Shown: positions 37,732 to 47,122, numbered from the stretch's first letter. The stretch is DNA of 64,000 nt from an uncultured Alphaproteobacteria bacterium (GCA_902524845.1 CABZEW010000002.1:1160-65159), one strand, 5' to 3'. Made by a program: numbers and translations. The notes: generated by a model not told the origin, from the sequence alone.

Positions 37732-38250
37732 ATGAAAAAAATTTCTCGTCGACATGTCATTGTCACTCTTTCCAGCACTGCCACATTCTTATGTCCAGCT
37801 GTACTGAACGCAGCAACGACTACAGATCTAAGTGGTTGGGCTAATATCCCAACGGATATCCCAATGGGACTTAAAAAAGTTTTACGACTTGGAAATGGTC
37901 CTGCGAGCATTGATATATCACAGCTTAAACCTGGAGACGTTAGTGTAATTGCCCGTCCGAATGATAGTGCAGACTACGCAGGAACTGGACAAACGCAATT
38001 TGTTGCAGCAATGCGGAGAGATAAAGACTACCTGATCGTTGAATTGACCTGCCCTCATAAGGGAAAAGCCATCGGCCTAACAGGCGATCCTAAAGTGCCA
38101 TTCGCCTGCACCAAACGTGGCAGGTACCACTCGAGTGAGTTTGACTCAAATGGCCTAGGAGTGGCAGGTAAATCATCAGGAGATCCGATGATTGTTCCAG
38201 AGCATAAGTTGACCAGTTCTAACGGAAAAGTTGTGCTTGAACTAGCCTAA
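37732..38250 (+). CDS. Tat-exported Rieske-like [2Fe-2S] domain protein
   Basis: Twin-arginine signal SRRHVIV and a first Rieske box, LTCPHKG. The second box is atypical (C-T-K-R-G-R-Y-H instead of C-x-x-H). Confidence 0.5.
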   Translation: MKKISRRHVIVTLSSTATFLCPAVLNAATTTDLSGWANIPTDIPMGLKKVLRLGNGPASIDISQLKPGDVSVIARPNDSADYAGTGQTQFVAAMRRDKDYLIVELTCPHKGKAIGLTGDPKVPFACTKRGRYHSSEFDSNGLGVAGKSSGDPMIVPEHKLTSSNGKVVLELA

Positions 38251-38330
38251 CGTCAATAATTGCTGGTGAATATTTATGACAAAAATAGAGTAATTCCTAA
38301 GGATAATTAAGTTCAAAAAACAACAGCACG

Positions 38331-38400
38331 CTATTTGGTGCAAACTAAAAGAATAAACTACTTGAATACCCCTTGTGTTGAATACGCGAGAGGTCAGCAC
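38331..38400 (+). repeat. CBR11 (decayed left module)
   Basis: CTATTTGGTGCAAACTAAAAGAATAAACTACTTGAATACCCCTTGTGTTGAATACGCGAGAGGTCAGCAC aligns with CBR1. Confidence 0.5.
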
Positions 38401-38455
38401 ATACGTGAGTAAATCGAAATCATTTGATCTATGTAAGCGCCAATACGTTATAGCT

Positions 38456-39442
38456 TTAAATCGCTAGCCACTCTTTAATGATATTATTTAATTCATCAGG
38501 CTTTTCTTGCGCTATCCAATGGTCACTATTGATGGTCGCCTCCTTTAGGTTCGAACAATTTTCTCTCATAGGATCTGCCAAGCTGGTATGACATGTATCA
38601 CAAACTCTGTCATATTTCGCATGAATGAAAAGAATTGCCTTTTCTAGTTTTTTAAGTGGTGCTTTCTTAAAATATGCACTATTGAGCTGAGTATTCATAT
38701 ACCATGAACCCGGCCCAAAAAACCCATTCTCGGACAAGTATTTTGAATATATTTCAAGCTCTTTTCTCGATAAAACATTCTCATCCAAAGCAATATCTGG
38801 TGCTATTCCGTTCTTAAACCAACCATTATTTTTTCTGACGAAAGCTGTATTGGCGAGCTTTCCTAAGTTTTCTGCATTACCACTTCTGAAGAGGCATTTA
38901 ATTGTGTTTCTGGGATTATCTTCTAATGATTGTTTCGCTTTATCAAAATTTTCCCTATAAAAGATTTGGTACTCCCACTGCCCATAAGGAAATTCGTCCT
39001 CCGGATAAAGCTGCCTGTCAATACTAGATAGCATGTTGTCATTTTCCATCATTTTAAATGGCACGCATAAGCTTACGATTTTTTCTACATACTCGTCATG
39101 GTGGCAAGCAATGTTCCAAACAACAGGTGAACCCCAATCATGCCCAACCCATATTGCTTCTCCTCCTCCAAGATGAGCATGAAGTTCAATCATATCTTTA
39201 ACAATTTCTTCTTGACAGTAATCTGTATGCTTATCGTAGATTGATGATTGGCCATATCCTCTCATGTCTGGTGCTATTGCATGCAAACCGAGATTAGAAA
39301 AAAAGCCTAATTGATTTCTCCAGCTGATACTAAGTTCGGGCCATCCATGAAGAAAATAAATTTTTTTATTATTTTCTTCTCCAGCAGAAAGGTAAAAGGT
39401 CTTGTGTCTATTATTTTGATATGTATTTTCAGAAAATTGCAT
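38456..39442 (-). CDS. alpha/beta hydrolase, epoxide hydrolase-like
   Basis: HGWPELSISWRNQ and GHDWGS (Asp nucleophile) motifs of the epoxide hydrolase/haloalkane dehalogenase clade. Confidence 0.75.
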   Translation of the reverse strand: MQFSENTYQNNRHKTFYLSAGEENNKKIYFLHGWPELSISWRNQLGFFSNLGLHAIAPDMRGYGQSSIYDKHTDYCQEEIVKDMIELHAHLGGGEAIWVGHDWGSPVVWNIACHHDEYVEKIVSLCVPFKMMENDNMLSSIDRQLYPEDEFPYGQWEYQIFYRENFDKAKQSLEDNPRNTIKCLFRSGNAENLGKLANTAFVRKNNGWFKNGIAPDIALDENVLSRKELEIYSKYLSENGFFGPGSWYMNTQLNSAYFKKAPLKKLEKAILFIHAKYDRVCDTCHTSLADPMRENCSNLKEATINSDHWIAQEKPDELNNIIKEWLAI

Positions 39443-39497
39443 TAAAATAATCCCTTTTGATTTAGAAACGGTTTATACTATGAACCCAACAAAATTA

Positions 39498-39560
39498 GTT
39501 GTAAACAACCCATCTGCTGCAGACTCCAAGAAGATACTTTTCTGCTCAATTCTCCAACAA
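39498..39560 (+). repeat. CBR12 (truncated left module)
   Basis: GTTGTAAACAACCCATCTGCTGCAGACTCCAAGAAGATAC... The track ORF 39478..39702 overlaps it and is judged spurious. Confidence 0.6.
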
Positions 39561-39780
39561 ATTCATTCTCAAGGTTGATCTGTATTAAAAAGATAACCGG
39601 TTTCGTTACATTGTCTGTATGGTAATGGTTAGTATTTTTGAGACTGACTGTGTAAAAGGGATAAGAGCTATATATGCACCTGCAACTTGGGAACTGCAAC
39701 ATCGATATAAACCCTAGTAAAATAAAAATGGTTTTTTTTTTGAACTTTAGGTATACCTTAGAGAAATAAAGGAAAATAAA

Positions 39781-40326
39781 ATGAGAGAACTATTTCAATT
39801 GCATGATCACAGTACTGCTCCATCAGAAAGCAAACAATTGCTGGAGAAAGTTAAAGCTTCTTCTGGAATGATACCGGGGCTCTATGCAGTTCTTGCCGAA
39901 TCCCCTGAGGCTCTGAAGGCATATGTTGAGTTAGGAAAAATTTTTGGTCAATCAAGTTTGTCTGATGAAGAAAAGACTGTTGTATGGCAAACAATAAATG
40001 TTGAACACGACTGTAAGTTCTGTGTTCCTGCGCATACTTTGGTTGCGAAGCTTATGAAAGTTGATGAAACGATTACAAACGCTCTCAGAGACAAAACCCT
40101 TCTTCCAAACGAGAAGCTCGAGAAGCTAAGAGAATTCACGCTGATTTTAGTACGTAATAGGGGAAAGGCTAGTGAAGAAGAAGTATCGGCCTTTATAGAA
40201 GCGGGCTTCACAAGAAAAAATATACTTGAGGTGATTGTTGGAATATCTCAAAAAGTACTAAGCAACTACACCAATTATATTGCTAGGACTCCATTAAACA
40301 AAGAATTTCAACCTTTTGCTTGGTAG
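39781..40326 (+). CDS. carboxymuconolactone decarboxylase (AhpD-like) family protein
   Basis: 181 aa with a CKFCVPAH (C-x-x-C-x-x-H) motif. Confidence 0.7.
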   Translation: MRELFQLHDHSTAPSESKQLLEKVKASSGMIPGLYAVLAESPEALKAYVELGKIFGQSSLSDEEKTVVWQTINVEHDCKFCVPAHTLVAKLMKVDETITNALRDKTLLPNEKLEKLREFTLILVRNRGKASEEEVSAFIEAGFTRKNILEVIVGISQKVLSNYTNYIARTPLNKEFQPFAW

Positions 40327-40354
40327 GTTAGTTAGTAGATATTCCTTGCATTCA

Positions 40355-40540
40355 ACCCATCGCTGCACTCCCCATGATAGACTCCTTAGTCACTATGGTA
40401 GACAGGCATTGGGGTAGCCCATAAGTTCTTAAATTGTAATTGCATCCCCGTTATCAAAGTTAAAGAGTGGCAACACAAGTGGATTCCAGCCGGTTGAGCA
40501 ACTGACCTTTAGTCAGGAGGTTTTTGAGGCTCTCTCAATG
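40355..40540 (+). repeat. CBR13 (decayed full-length copy with degenerate tRNA-like part)
   Basis: ACCCATCGCTGCACTCCCCATGATAGACTCC...TATGGTAGACAGGCATTGGGGTAGCCCATAAG ... CCGGTTGAGCAACTGACCTTTAGTCAGGAGGTTTTTGAGGCTCTCTCAATG retains a recognisable anticodon-arm relic. Confidence 0.55.
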
Positions 40541-40660
40541 TTTCCTGAAGCAGTTTTTATTCTAATTGGAAGCAATAGAATAGAAATTTATTTTGTTTGT
40601 GAATTAAAAAACTTATAAATATTATCAGAGCTTATTTATAGAGATATATTTTTTCAAGCC

Positions 40661-42022
40661 ATGTTTCGTTTGTCACCAATAATTATATGTTTTTTCCTAT
40701 ATACTCCGTTAACTCTTGGGCAGAGCCAACCTCCCACACATTCATATTATGTATTGGATGGAACTTGTTGTGGAGGAGAGGATTCTGATCCTCATGCTGT
40801 TTTTGGGATTGAAGCGTCAGACGGCTATATCCTTTTAGGAAAGTCTATAGATTCGGGTGGATCGGAAAACGCATTTGCAGTCAAACTCTCTAAAAAACTA
40901 CCAAAAGAGAAATTATTCCTTCATCCTGAAGAAGACAAAAGCTTCGAGTGGTCTCTTGTTTTTGGTGAAGCAAATAAGCGAGACGGATTTAACTCTGCTG
41001 CTGTATTAGGTGAGTATATATTTTTGGCTGGATACAAAGAGAGTAAGGTAGGAGTTATTGATCGTTTCTTGATGAAGATAAATACTGTAGATGGGTCTCT
41101 GATCTGGTCAAAAACATTTCCAAGTAAAAAAAAAGGAAAATCTAGTGCGTTTGAGTCTATAGTTTTGACTAGTGAAAATGCTTTGTTGCTGACGGGTGTT
41201 ACCGGGGCAAGATACAGTGCGGTTGAAGGATTTAAATCCTATGGAAACCCATCTGAAGGCTACGCGTTCGCTCTCTATTTAAGCCCAGAAACCATAGCCC
41301 GAAAAAAAGCACCAAAGATGGCAGATTGGGAAAAAGTGTATGAAAATACACTAACAGGAAAAAGTATTGAGGAAATTGGGTCTTCAAAAGAGTTCGTTCT
41401 TGTAGGGTCATCTCATGAGCCCACTGTGGCAAAACTTTTGAAGATAAATAGGTCTGGAAAGATCCTTTGGGAAAAGAAATTCCCTCAACACGGTGAAGTT
41501 ACAGACCTAGCTGTTTCAAAAGATGGTATTTTTCTATCTGGTCACAAGGGTGGTTGGGAAACTGGAATAGATGGAAGTCTCTCAAAGGTTTCTGACGATG
41601 GAAACTTAATCTGGAATAAAACGTTTGGAAACCCAATTGGTGGTGAAAATGTTTATGCTGATTTAGGAAGAGGAAATAATAAATTAATTTTTGACGAGTG
41701 CTGGTCGGTTACCACCGTTGACAAATTTGATGCTATAATGGCATGTGGCACTGGCATAGAAGGATGCGCAGGTCATACTGGATCAATTAAAAAAGAATGC
41801 GAAAGTGATCCCCGCCTAAACTGGCGAAGCTATGTCGCTAAAATAGACGCTGATGGAAGATTAGTTTGGGAAGTCGCTAGCTCTTTTTCATTTCCAGAAG
41901 AAGAAAGTGACGATTTGCCTTCAACTGCTTCTGAATGGGTGTTCACAACCAAGAATGGTGATTTAGCTTCTGTAGTAGACTTAGATTTTGGTTTCGGTTT
42001 AGAAATACTCGGACTCAACTGA
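40661..42022 (+). CDS. secreted beta-propeller-like repeat protein
   Basis: Signal peptide plus recurring DGxLxWxKxF blades (DGSLIWSKTF, SGKILWEKKF, DGNLIWNKTF, DGRLVWEVAS). Confidence 0.55.
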   Translation: MFRLSPIIICFFLYTPLTLGQSQPPTHSYYVLDGTCCGGEDSDPHAVFGIEASDGYILLGKSIDSGGSENAFAVKLSKKLPKEKLFLHPEEDKSFEWSLVFGEANKRDGFNSAAVLGEYIFLAGYKESKVGVIDRFLMKINTVDGSLIWSKTFPSKKKGKSSAFESIVLTSENALLLTGVTGARYSAVEGFKSYGNPSEGYAFALYLSPETIARKKAPKMADWEKVYENTLTGKSIEEIGSSKEFVLVGSSHEPTVAKLLKINRSGKILWEKKFPQHGEVTDLAVSKDGIFLSGHKGGWETGIDGSLSKVSDDGNLIWNKTFGNPIGGENVYADLGRGNNKLIFDECWSVTTVDKFDAIMACGTGIEGCAGHTGSIKKECESDPRLNWRSYVAKIDADGRLVWEVASSFSFPEEESDDLPSTASEWVFTTKNGDLASVVDLDFGFGLEILGLN

Positions 42023-42099
42023 TTTCTTAAATAATTGAAATATGCGTTATACAGTTTATGAAAAATGCTCTTTGATCACTAATAAATTTATAACACTCA

Positions 42100-42166
42100 A
42101 AATATTCTACCTGTGGGCTCCCGGCATTCAACGCGTTGGAAGGTCAGACCAAAGGGTAGACAAAAT
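42100..42166 (+). repeat. CBR14 (decayed, keeps 12-mers)
   Basis: ...CTACCTGTGGGCTCCCGGCATTCAACGCGTTGGAAGGTCAGACCAAAG GGTAGACAAAAT. Confidence 0.5.
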
Positions 42167-42252
42167 TGGTTATTATTTTCTATGTAGAACAAGTGAAATT
42201 TATTAGTGCTCTCTCAAACATTGTTTATGAACGCAAAATTCTTTTTGCAAAC

Positions 42253-42636
42253 TTACTTCCCTCCCGTCATGCTTGCTGCCCAAGCAGAACAAACAAGCTT
42301 CAAAATAAGACCATAGAAAACGGGTAGAAGAGCAATAGGCGATGCTTTATTGAAAAATGTGTTAATTCCCTCAGGAGTTGAAAGATCAGTGCTACCTAAC
42401 ATTAGAACTATACCTATTAAAAGAGCAATCCAACCCAACGTGAGAGCTGAATTACCAAAAAAACTCACTGCCTCTTTATCAAAATTACCCCTACTCATAG
42501 CAAGGCTTGCGAAAAAGGCTCCTCCTGCCACTATGGCAAGTGACGGAATATCTAAAAATGGGCCTAATCCTCCGCCAGAGATTGCAGCGTAAAAAATGAA
42601 CCCAACTACTCCTATTGTGCCTACTATCAAATACAT
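42253..42636 (-). CDS. small membrane protein, resembles the N-terminal part of MotA/TolQ/ExbB-type proteins
   Basis: 127 aa, 3-4 TM helices. GGGLGPFLDIPSLAIVAGGAFFASL is similar to the MotA N-terminus. Too short for a full stator subunit. Confidence 0.4.
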   Translation of the reverse strand: MYLIVGTIGVVGFIFYAAISGGGLGPFLDIPSLAIVAGGAFFASLAMSRGNFDKEAVSFFGNSALTLGWIALLIGIVLMLGSTDLSTPEGINTFFNKASPIALLPVFYGLILKLVCSAWAASMTGGK

Positions 42637-42739
42637 CTTAAAGTCCTCCTATCCTTGAGATTCAATGTTTATAACCCAAAACACGTCTTTTAATCAAATA
42701 AAAACGTCTAGCATGTTTGTATATACTTTTTATAAATGA

Positions 42740-42937
42740 CTGCAATCACCCCATCGACTGCGCATTAAAGGAACATAATATCCTGACACCCTTTGCATCA
42801 TGCGTGGGGGGTAAACAAAATGGTAGAAAAATTTGTACATCTTGACATGAACTACACTTTCGCTAACTCATTGGTGGTGCTTTCCATAATGTATGTGTTA
42901 GTGCAGGTATAGAGCAATAATTCCCTCTTGGGCGCCA
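42740..42937 (+). repeat. CBR15 (type 2)
   Basis: CTGCAATCACCCCATCGACTGCGCATTAAAGGAACATAATATCCTGACACCCTTTGCATCATGCGTGGGGGGTAAACAAAAT GGTAGAAAAATT ... TTAGTGCAGGTATAGAGCAATAATTCCCTCTTGGGCGCCATTG. Confidence 0.7.
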
Positions 42938-42976
42938 TTGGTCTGCTGCGTTAGCTCTATTTACTCGCTTTGATAA
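42938..42976 (+). repeat. second P' arm remnant without integrase
   Basis: GTCTGCTGCGTTAGCTCTATTTACTCGCTTTGATAA aligns with CAGTTACAGTGTTAGCTTTATTTGCTTGGCTTTGATGAA next to the real tRNA. Confidence 0.55.
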
Positions 42977-43012
42977 TATACATACTGAAAGTTTAAAATT
43001 TGACGGAAAAAA

Positions 43013-44305
43013 TTACTTTAGTGGAGAACTTTTTCTAGCATTAAATTTTTTTACGCTCTTTTTTTTAAAATTTCTACCTTTAGCGGGATATGCTCTTTTC
43101 CCCTTACTATCAATTTTTTTCGGCAACTCATTATTAGGAGGTTTTTGTTTGTGGACACGTAGACTTGTAGAGTGGTACTCAGTTTTAATTTTAGCTTTTA
43201 TTAACCTTTCAATTGCTCGAAGCTTTTTTATTTCTGATTCTGAACAAAATGATATTGCATCTCCTATCATTCCAGCTCGTGCAGTGCGACCAATTCTGTG
43301 AACATAGCTCTCTGGAGCTTCTGGCAAATCATAGTTGATCACTGCTTCTACTCCCGGAACATCTATCCCTCTCGCAGCGATATCTGTAGCCACCAATAAA
43401 GGACACGAACCCGTTTTAAAATTCATTAAGGATTTTTGTCTCTGATTTTGTGATTTGTTTCCATGAATTGAAGAAACAGCGAAGCCATCTTTCGATAGGC
43501 TTTTTACAACCCTTTCTGCCCCATGCTTAGTTTTGGTGAAGACTAGTAATCTGGCTCCCGATCTTTTTTGTGCAATTTCTTTTAAAGCATCTATTTTTTG
43601 AGCAGAGCTTAAAATTAATATTTTTTGATTAACTTTATCAACTGGTTTAGCAATTACCGAAACTGCAACCTCTACCGCTTCCACCATAAACTTCGTTACA
43701 AGATTCTTGATCTCTATCGGCATCGTTGCAGAAAAAAGTAACGTTTGTCGTTTTTTTGGGGTAGTGCTCAGGATCCTCTTTATTGCAGGTAAAAATCCAA
43801 TATCTAACATTTGGTCAGCTTCGTCTAATACCGCATAATTTACGCTAGTTAGGTCGATTGATTTTTGTGAAATATGGTCCTCTATTCTGCCTGGAGTTCC
43901 AACTATAATATCAGAGCCTTTTCTTAAGTCTCTAAATTGTTTAAAGATTGGCACACCACCGACGATCGTGCACGTTTTTAAATTAGTCGCCGATGCAAAA
44001 GGTTTAACCACTTCCCCAATCTGTTGAGCAAGCTCTCTTGTCGGGGATAACACGAGTATTTTTACTTTTCTGAATTTGCCTGTCTGCTGTGTTCCATACA
44101 ACTTGCTTAGCAACGGAAGAATGAATGCAGCAGTTTTACCAGTGCCCGTCTGGGCAAGTCCTATAACATCCTTTCCTTCTAATATGATTGGTATTGATTT
44201 CTCTTGAATAGGGGTGGGGACATGTAGCCCTTGTTTATCTAATGTTTTCAAAATGGGAGATACGAGACCCAAAGATCTAAAATTCAAGCTAGGATATCCT
44301 TTCAA
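43013..44305 (-). CDS. DEAD-box ATP-dependent RNA helicase (RhlE-like)
   Basis: Q motif (TPIQ), AQTGTGKT, DEAD, SAT, HRIGRTAR and a basic C-terminal tail. Confidence 0.9.
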   Translation of the reverse strand: MKGYPSLNFRSLGLVSPILKTLDKQGLHVPTPIQEKSIPIILEGKDVIGLAQTGTGKTAAFILPLLSKLYGTQQTGKFRKVKILVLSPTRELAQQIGEVVKPFASATNLKTCTIVGGVPIFKQFRDLRKGSDIIVGTPGRIEDHISQKSIDLTSVNYAVLDEADQMLDIGFLPAIKRILSTTPKKRQTLLFSATMPIEIKNLVTKFMVEAVEVAVSVIAKPVDKVNQKILILSSAQKIDALKEIAQKRSGARLLVFTKTKHGAERVVKSLSKDGFAVSSIHGNKSQNQRQKSLMNFKTGSCPLLVATDIAARGIDVPGVEAVINYDLPEAPESYVHRIGRTARAGMIGDAISFCSESEIKKLRAIERLIKAKIKTEYHSTSLRVHKQKPPNNELPKKIDSKGKRAYPAKGRNFKKKSVKKFNARKSSPLK

Positions 44306-44428
44306 ACTTTTTTGCAGTGGTCCATGAGATGAATGTTATTCGCTTTAAAGACTATTCCAATTCATGATGTATATGCTGGTTCTACACTTAATGCAAAGGA
44401 GATTTAAAGCATACTTGGTTTGACAAAA

Positions 44429-44490
44429 CACATCCTGCTCCACAATCCAAAGCTTCTCATTATTGTTACCCACTATTGTAGAAACCTCAA
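44429..44490 (+). repeat. CBR16 (very decayed, tentative)
   Basis: ACACATCCTGCTCCACAATCCAAAGCTTCTCATTATTGTTACCCACTATTGTAGAAACCTCAA aligns loosely with the left module and first 12-mer. Confidence 0.3.
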
Positions 44491-44567
44491 TAAGAAATAG
44501 AGCCTTCAATAATATAAAAATTCAAACAAGCAATTAGAAAATAAAATAGTTGTAATCGTTATGATTT

Positions 44568-46057
44568 TTGACCTTTAATTATCTTATGGAAAAATATTCT
44601 ACGGAAGGCACAGTACTTGATCTTTTATTTCGGGCTGCGCGGGAAAACCCCTCTAAAACATATTGTAAATCGGCTCATCACGAATTTACTTATCACCAGT
44701 TTATTTCTGCAACTATTAAACTGTCGAGTAAGATATCGCAGAAAAAAATAAAAAATAAGTATGTTGGGGTTTTACTGCCCAATTCTATCTTATTTTTAGT
44801 AGCTTACTTTGCTGTTCTAATTTCTGGTAATACGCCCGCATTACTAAACTTTTTATTGCCAGAATAGGCACTTAGAAAATTATTAGGTGACTTACAACCG
44901 TCTTTAGTCCTCTCCAACAAAGAGTTATCAGAATATGAGAGCCTTACACTGGAAATTCAGGACTATCTTAATATGGCGCTATCAGATATTAAGGAAATCA
45001 ATCACAGATGTAATGGTGGAGACACTGCAGCTGTGTTATTCTCTGGCGGCACAACGGGTATTCCAAAGCAGATTAATCATTCTCATAGATCTATAACCTT
45101 TATGGTTGATCGAATGGAATGGGGATGGCCAACCAAACCCAATGAAAATTGGTTAATAGTCGCACCATTTACTCATATCTATGGATTTTTAACCGGTGTG
45201 ACCAACCCATTATTAAAGTCTGGCACTGTTTTCATACCGGGAGCTTTTGATCCTAAATTTATTGTTGAAAAACTGAGCAGTGAGAAATTACTGTGTTTGG
45301 GGGAGCCCCCCCCCTCAATATACCAAGCTTTACTCTCTGTTGAGGAATTTGAAAATAGTCAAATGCCATATTTAAGAGTATGTCCCGGTGGAGGAGCACC
45401 ATTTCCTCTAGCTGTACATAAAATGTGGCAAGAAAAAACTGGAATCCCAATTTATGAGGGATACGGTATGACTGAAATTGCACCTATATCGGTAAATACA
45501 GTTCAAAGTGGTACTAAAATGGGATCTGCTGGTAAAGCGGTTCCTGATACTGTAATTGAAATTGTTGATATTGAGACGAGGAGGAAAGTGTTAAAGCCAG
45601 GTGAAACAGGAGAGATTCGCGTTAGAGGGCCTCATATGATGTTAGAATATGAATCAAATATCGAGGAGACTAAAACGACCATTAGAGATGGCTTTATTTA
45701 CAATGGTGACATTGGAGTATTAGATGATGAAGGATTTCTATTTATAACTGATAGAAAAAAGACGTGATACTCGTTAAAGGCTTTAATGTATTTCCCCGGG
45801 AAATTGAAGAACAACTAATGTCCCAATCAAATGTTTCTTCTGTTTGTGTTGTACCAAAGCAAGATAATCGTAGTGGTGAAACACCATTGGCATTTATTAC
45901 TCTCAATAGACAGATCGATATTTCTATTCTTAAGGAGTATTGTGAAGAGACTTTATCACCCTATAAAGTTCCTTCAGAATTTACAGTGCTAGAGAGTCTA
46001 CCTCTGACACCAGCAAAGAAGGTGGATAGAGCTGCCTTGAAAAATAGTCTAATTTAA
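44568..46057 (+). pseudogene. AMP-binding acyl-CoA ligase, disrupted
   Basis: Three colinear ORFs of one enzyme. There is an in-frame TAG at 44865-44867 (the next ORF's ATG at 44973 is 35 codons downstream, in frame). There is also a frameshift in the A6 run at 45755-45760: restoring one A gives FITDRKKDVILVKGFNVFPREIE, the canonical A8 region. SGGTTGIPK and GYGMTE motifs are present. Confidence 0.75.
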
Positions 46058-46078
46058 TTAGGACACTAAAAAACTGAT

Positions 46079-47077
46079 CTAGTGCTTTGCAGCTATCAAA
46101 TTGAAATGTTTGTCAATATCTATATTTTTTCCGCACATTAAAGCTAAAGAAGGGCCTTTTGGAGTGGATTTATTGTTTAAAAGTGACGCAATAGCTACAG
46201 CTCCCGCTCCCTCAACTATTTGAGATTCGTGCCAATAGGCATGATGAATTCCTTTTGCGATTTCTTCTTCACTTACGAGCACTATCTCATCAACTAGTTT
46301 TCTCGTTAGATCAAAAGTATATTTGTTATCAAGACCAATACCTCCTGTTAGAGCATCAGCAAGGCTTTCCTCCTCTTTAACAAAGATTGGTTTCCCAGCT
46401 TTTTGAGACTCATACATTGCAGCTCCTCTATCCATTGAAACCCCTATCACTTTTAAATTTGGGTTTAAGCTTTTAAGAGCTTTGGCTACTCCACAAATCA
46501 ATCCACCACCTGATAACGGAACAAAAACAAATTTTAGCTTAGGTATCTGTCGATAAATCTCGAGTCCAAGAGTCCCTTGACCTGCGATAACATCGATATT
46601 ATCGAATGGTGAGATATACGTCATACCTTCCTCAATTGAAAGTCTATCCGCTTCTAGTTGCGCTTCGTCTTGATTTCCCCCAATTAATTTCACTTCAGCT
46701 CCAATCTCTTTTATCCCCTCTATTTTGTTATTAGGCACAAGTTCCGACATGCATATAATACATCGTATTTTCATAAGATTTGCAGCATATGCTAAGCCTC
46801 TACCATGGTTTCCCGTAGATAAAGCGACAACTCCTGCTTTTCTCTGTTCTGGAGTAAGGTTTGATATCGCATTAATAGCTCCCCTTATTTTAAAACTTCC
46901 AGTGATTTGTTGATTTTCCAGTTTTAAATATATCTCTTCACCAATAGCATCCGATAGAGCCTTTGATTGTACTATTGGGGTCTTGACAACATGCTTGGCA
47001 ACTATCTTTTCAGCACGTTGTATGTCTTCAAATAAAAGCATTTTCCCTACTTTCTTGTTAACGGCTAACTGTTTCAT
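46079..47077 (-). CDS. PLP-dependent threonine/serine dehydratase (threonine ammonia-lyase-like)
   Basis: 332 aa with the PLP lysine in GSFKIRGA and a glycine-rich loop, SGGGLICG. Confidence 0.8.
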   Translation of the reverse strand: MKQLAVNKKVGKMLLFEDIQRAEKIVAKHVVKTPIVQSKALSDAIGEEIYLKLENQQITGSFKIRGAINAISNLTPEQRKAGVVALSTGNHGRGLAYAANLMKIRCIICMSELVPNNKIEGIKEIGAEVKLIGGNQDEAQLEADRLSIEEGMTYISPFDNIDVIAGQGTLGLEIYRQIPKLKFVFVPLSGGGLICGVAKALKSLNPNLKVIGVSMDRGAAMYESQKAGKPIFVKEEESLADALTGGIGLDNKYTFDLTRKLVDEIVLVSEEEIAKGIHHAYWHESQIVEGAGAVAIASLLNNKSTPKGPSLALMCGKNIDIDKHFNLIAAKH

Positions 47078-47122
47078 ATCATCTTAGTTTTTATTATTAC
47101 TTTTTTTTGGTAGGATAACAAT

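Larger units (their letters stand above)
6706..44490 (+). mobile_element. tRNA-Thr-anchored genomic island: array of about 16 cassettes bounded by same-strand att-like repeats
   Basis: Starts at the 3' end of the tRNA. Contains one integrase and 16 + strand copies of a composite repeat (listed below as CBR1-16), three of which carry a pseudo-copy of the tRNA. The right end is uncertain (CBR15 at 42937 or the weak CBR16 at 44490). Confidence 0.65.

Noticed and set aside
6706-44490. A classical integron (IntI plus attI plus attC cassettes)
   Set aside because: The recombinase has the tRNA-island type N-terminus and lies next to a tRNA. I could not find RYYYAAC/GTTRRRY core pairs or attC-like imperfect palindromes in the repeats, and cassette genes point both ways. 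The analogy is kept only at the level of logic.
10861-44490. A CRISPR array formed by the recurring repeats
   Set aside because: The repeats are 60-225 bp, strongly diverged and separated by kilobases of coding DNA. There is no short regular repeat-spacer periodicity and no cas genes.
12463-44490. The reverse complement of the repeat's left module acting as a shared promoter for the minus-strand cassette genes
   Set aside because: A TAGTAT -10-like hexamer exists on the reverse strand, but no acceptable -35 lies at 16-18 bp, and the distance to start codons varies from 55 to 125 nt. Not supported without TSS data.
28255-46057. An alternative genetic code explaining the in-frame TAG/TGA codons
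   Set aside because: TAG, TGA and TAA all terminate well-conserved genes in this window at the expected lengths, so the interruptions are better explained as pseudogenisation.
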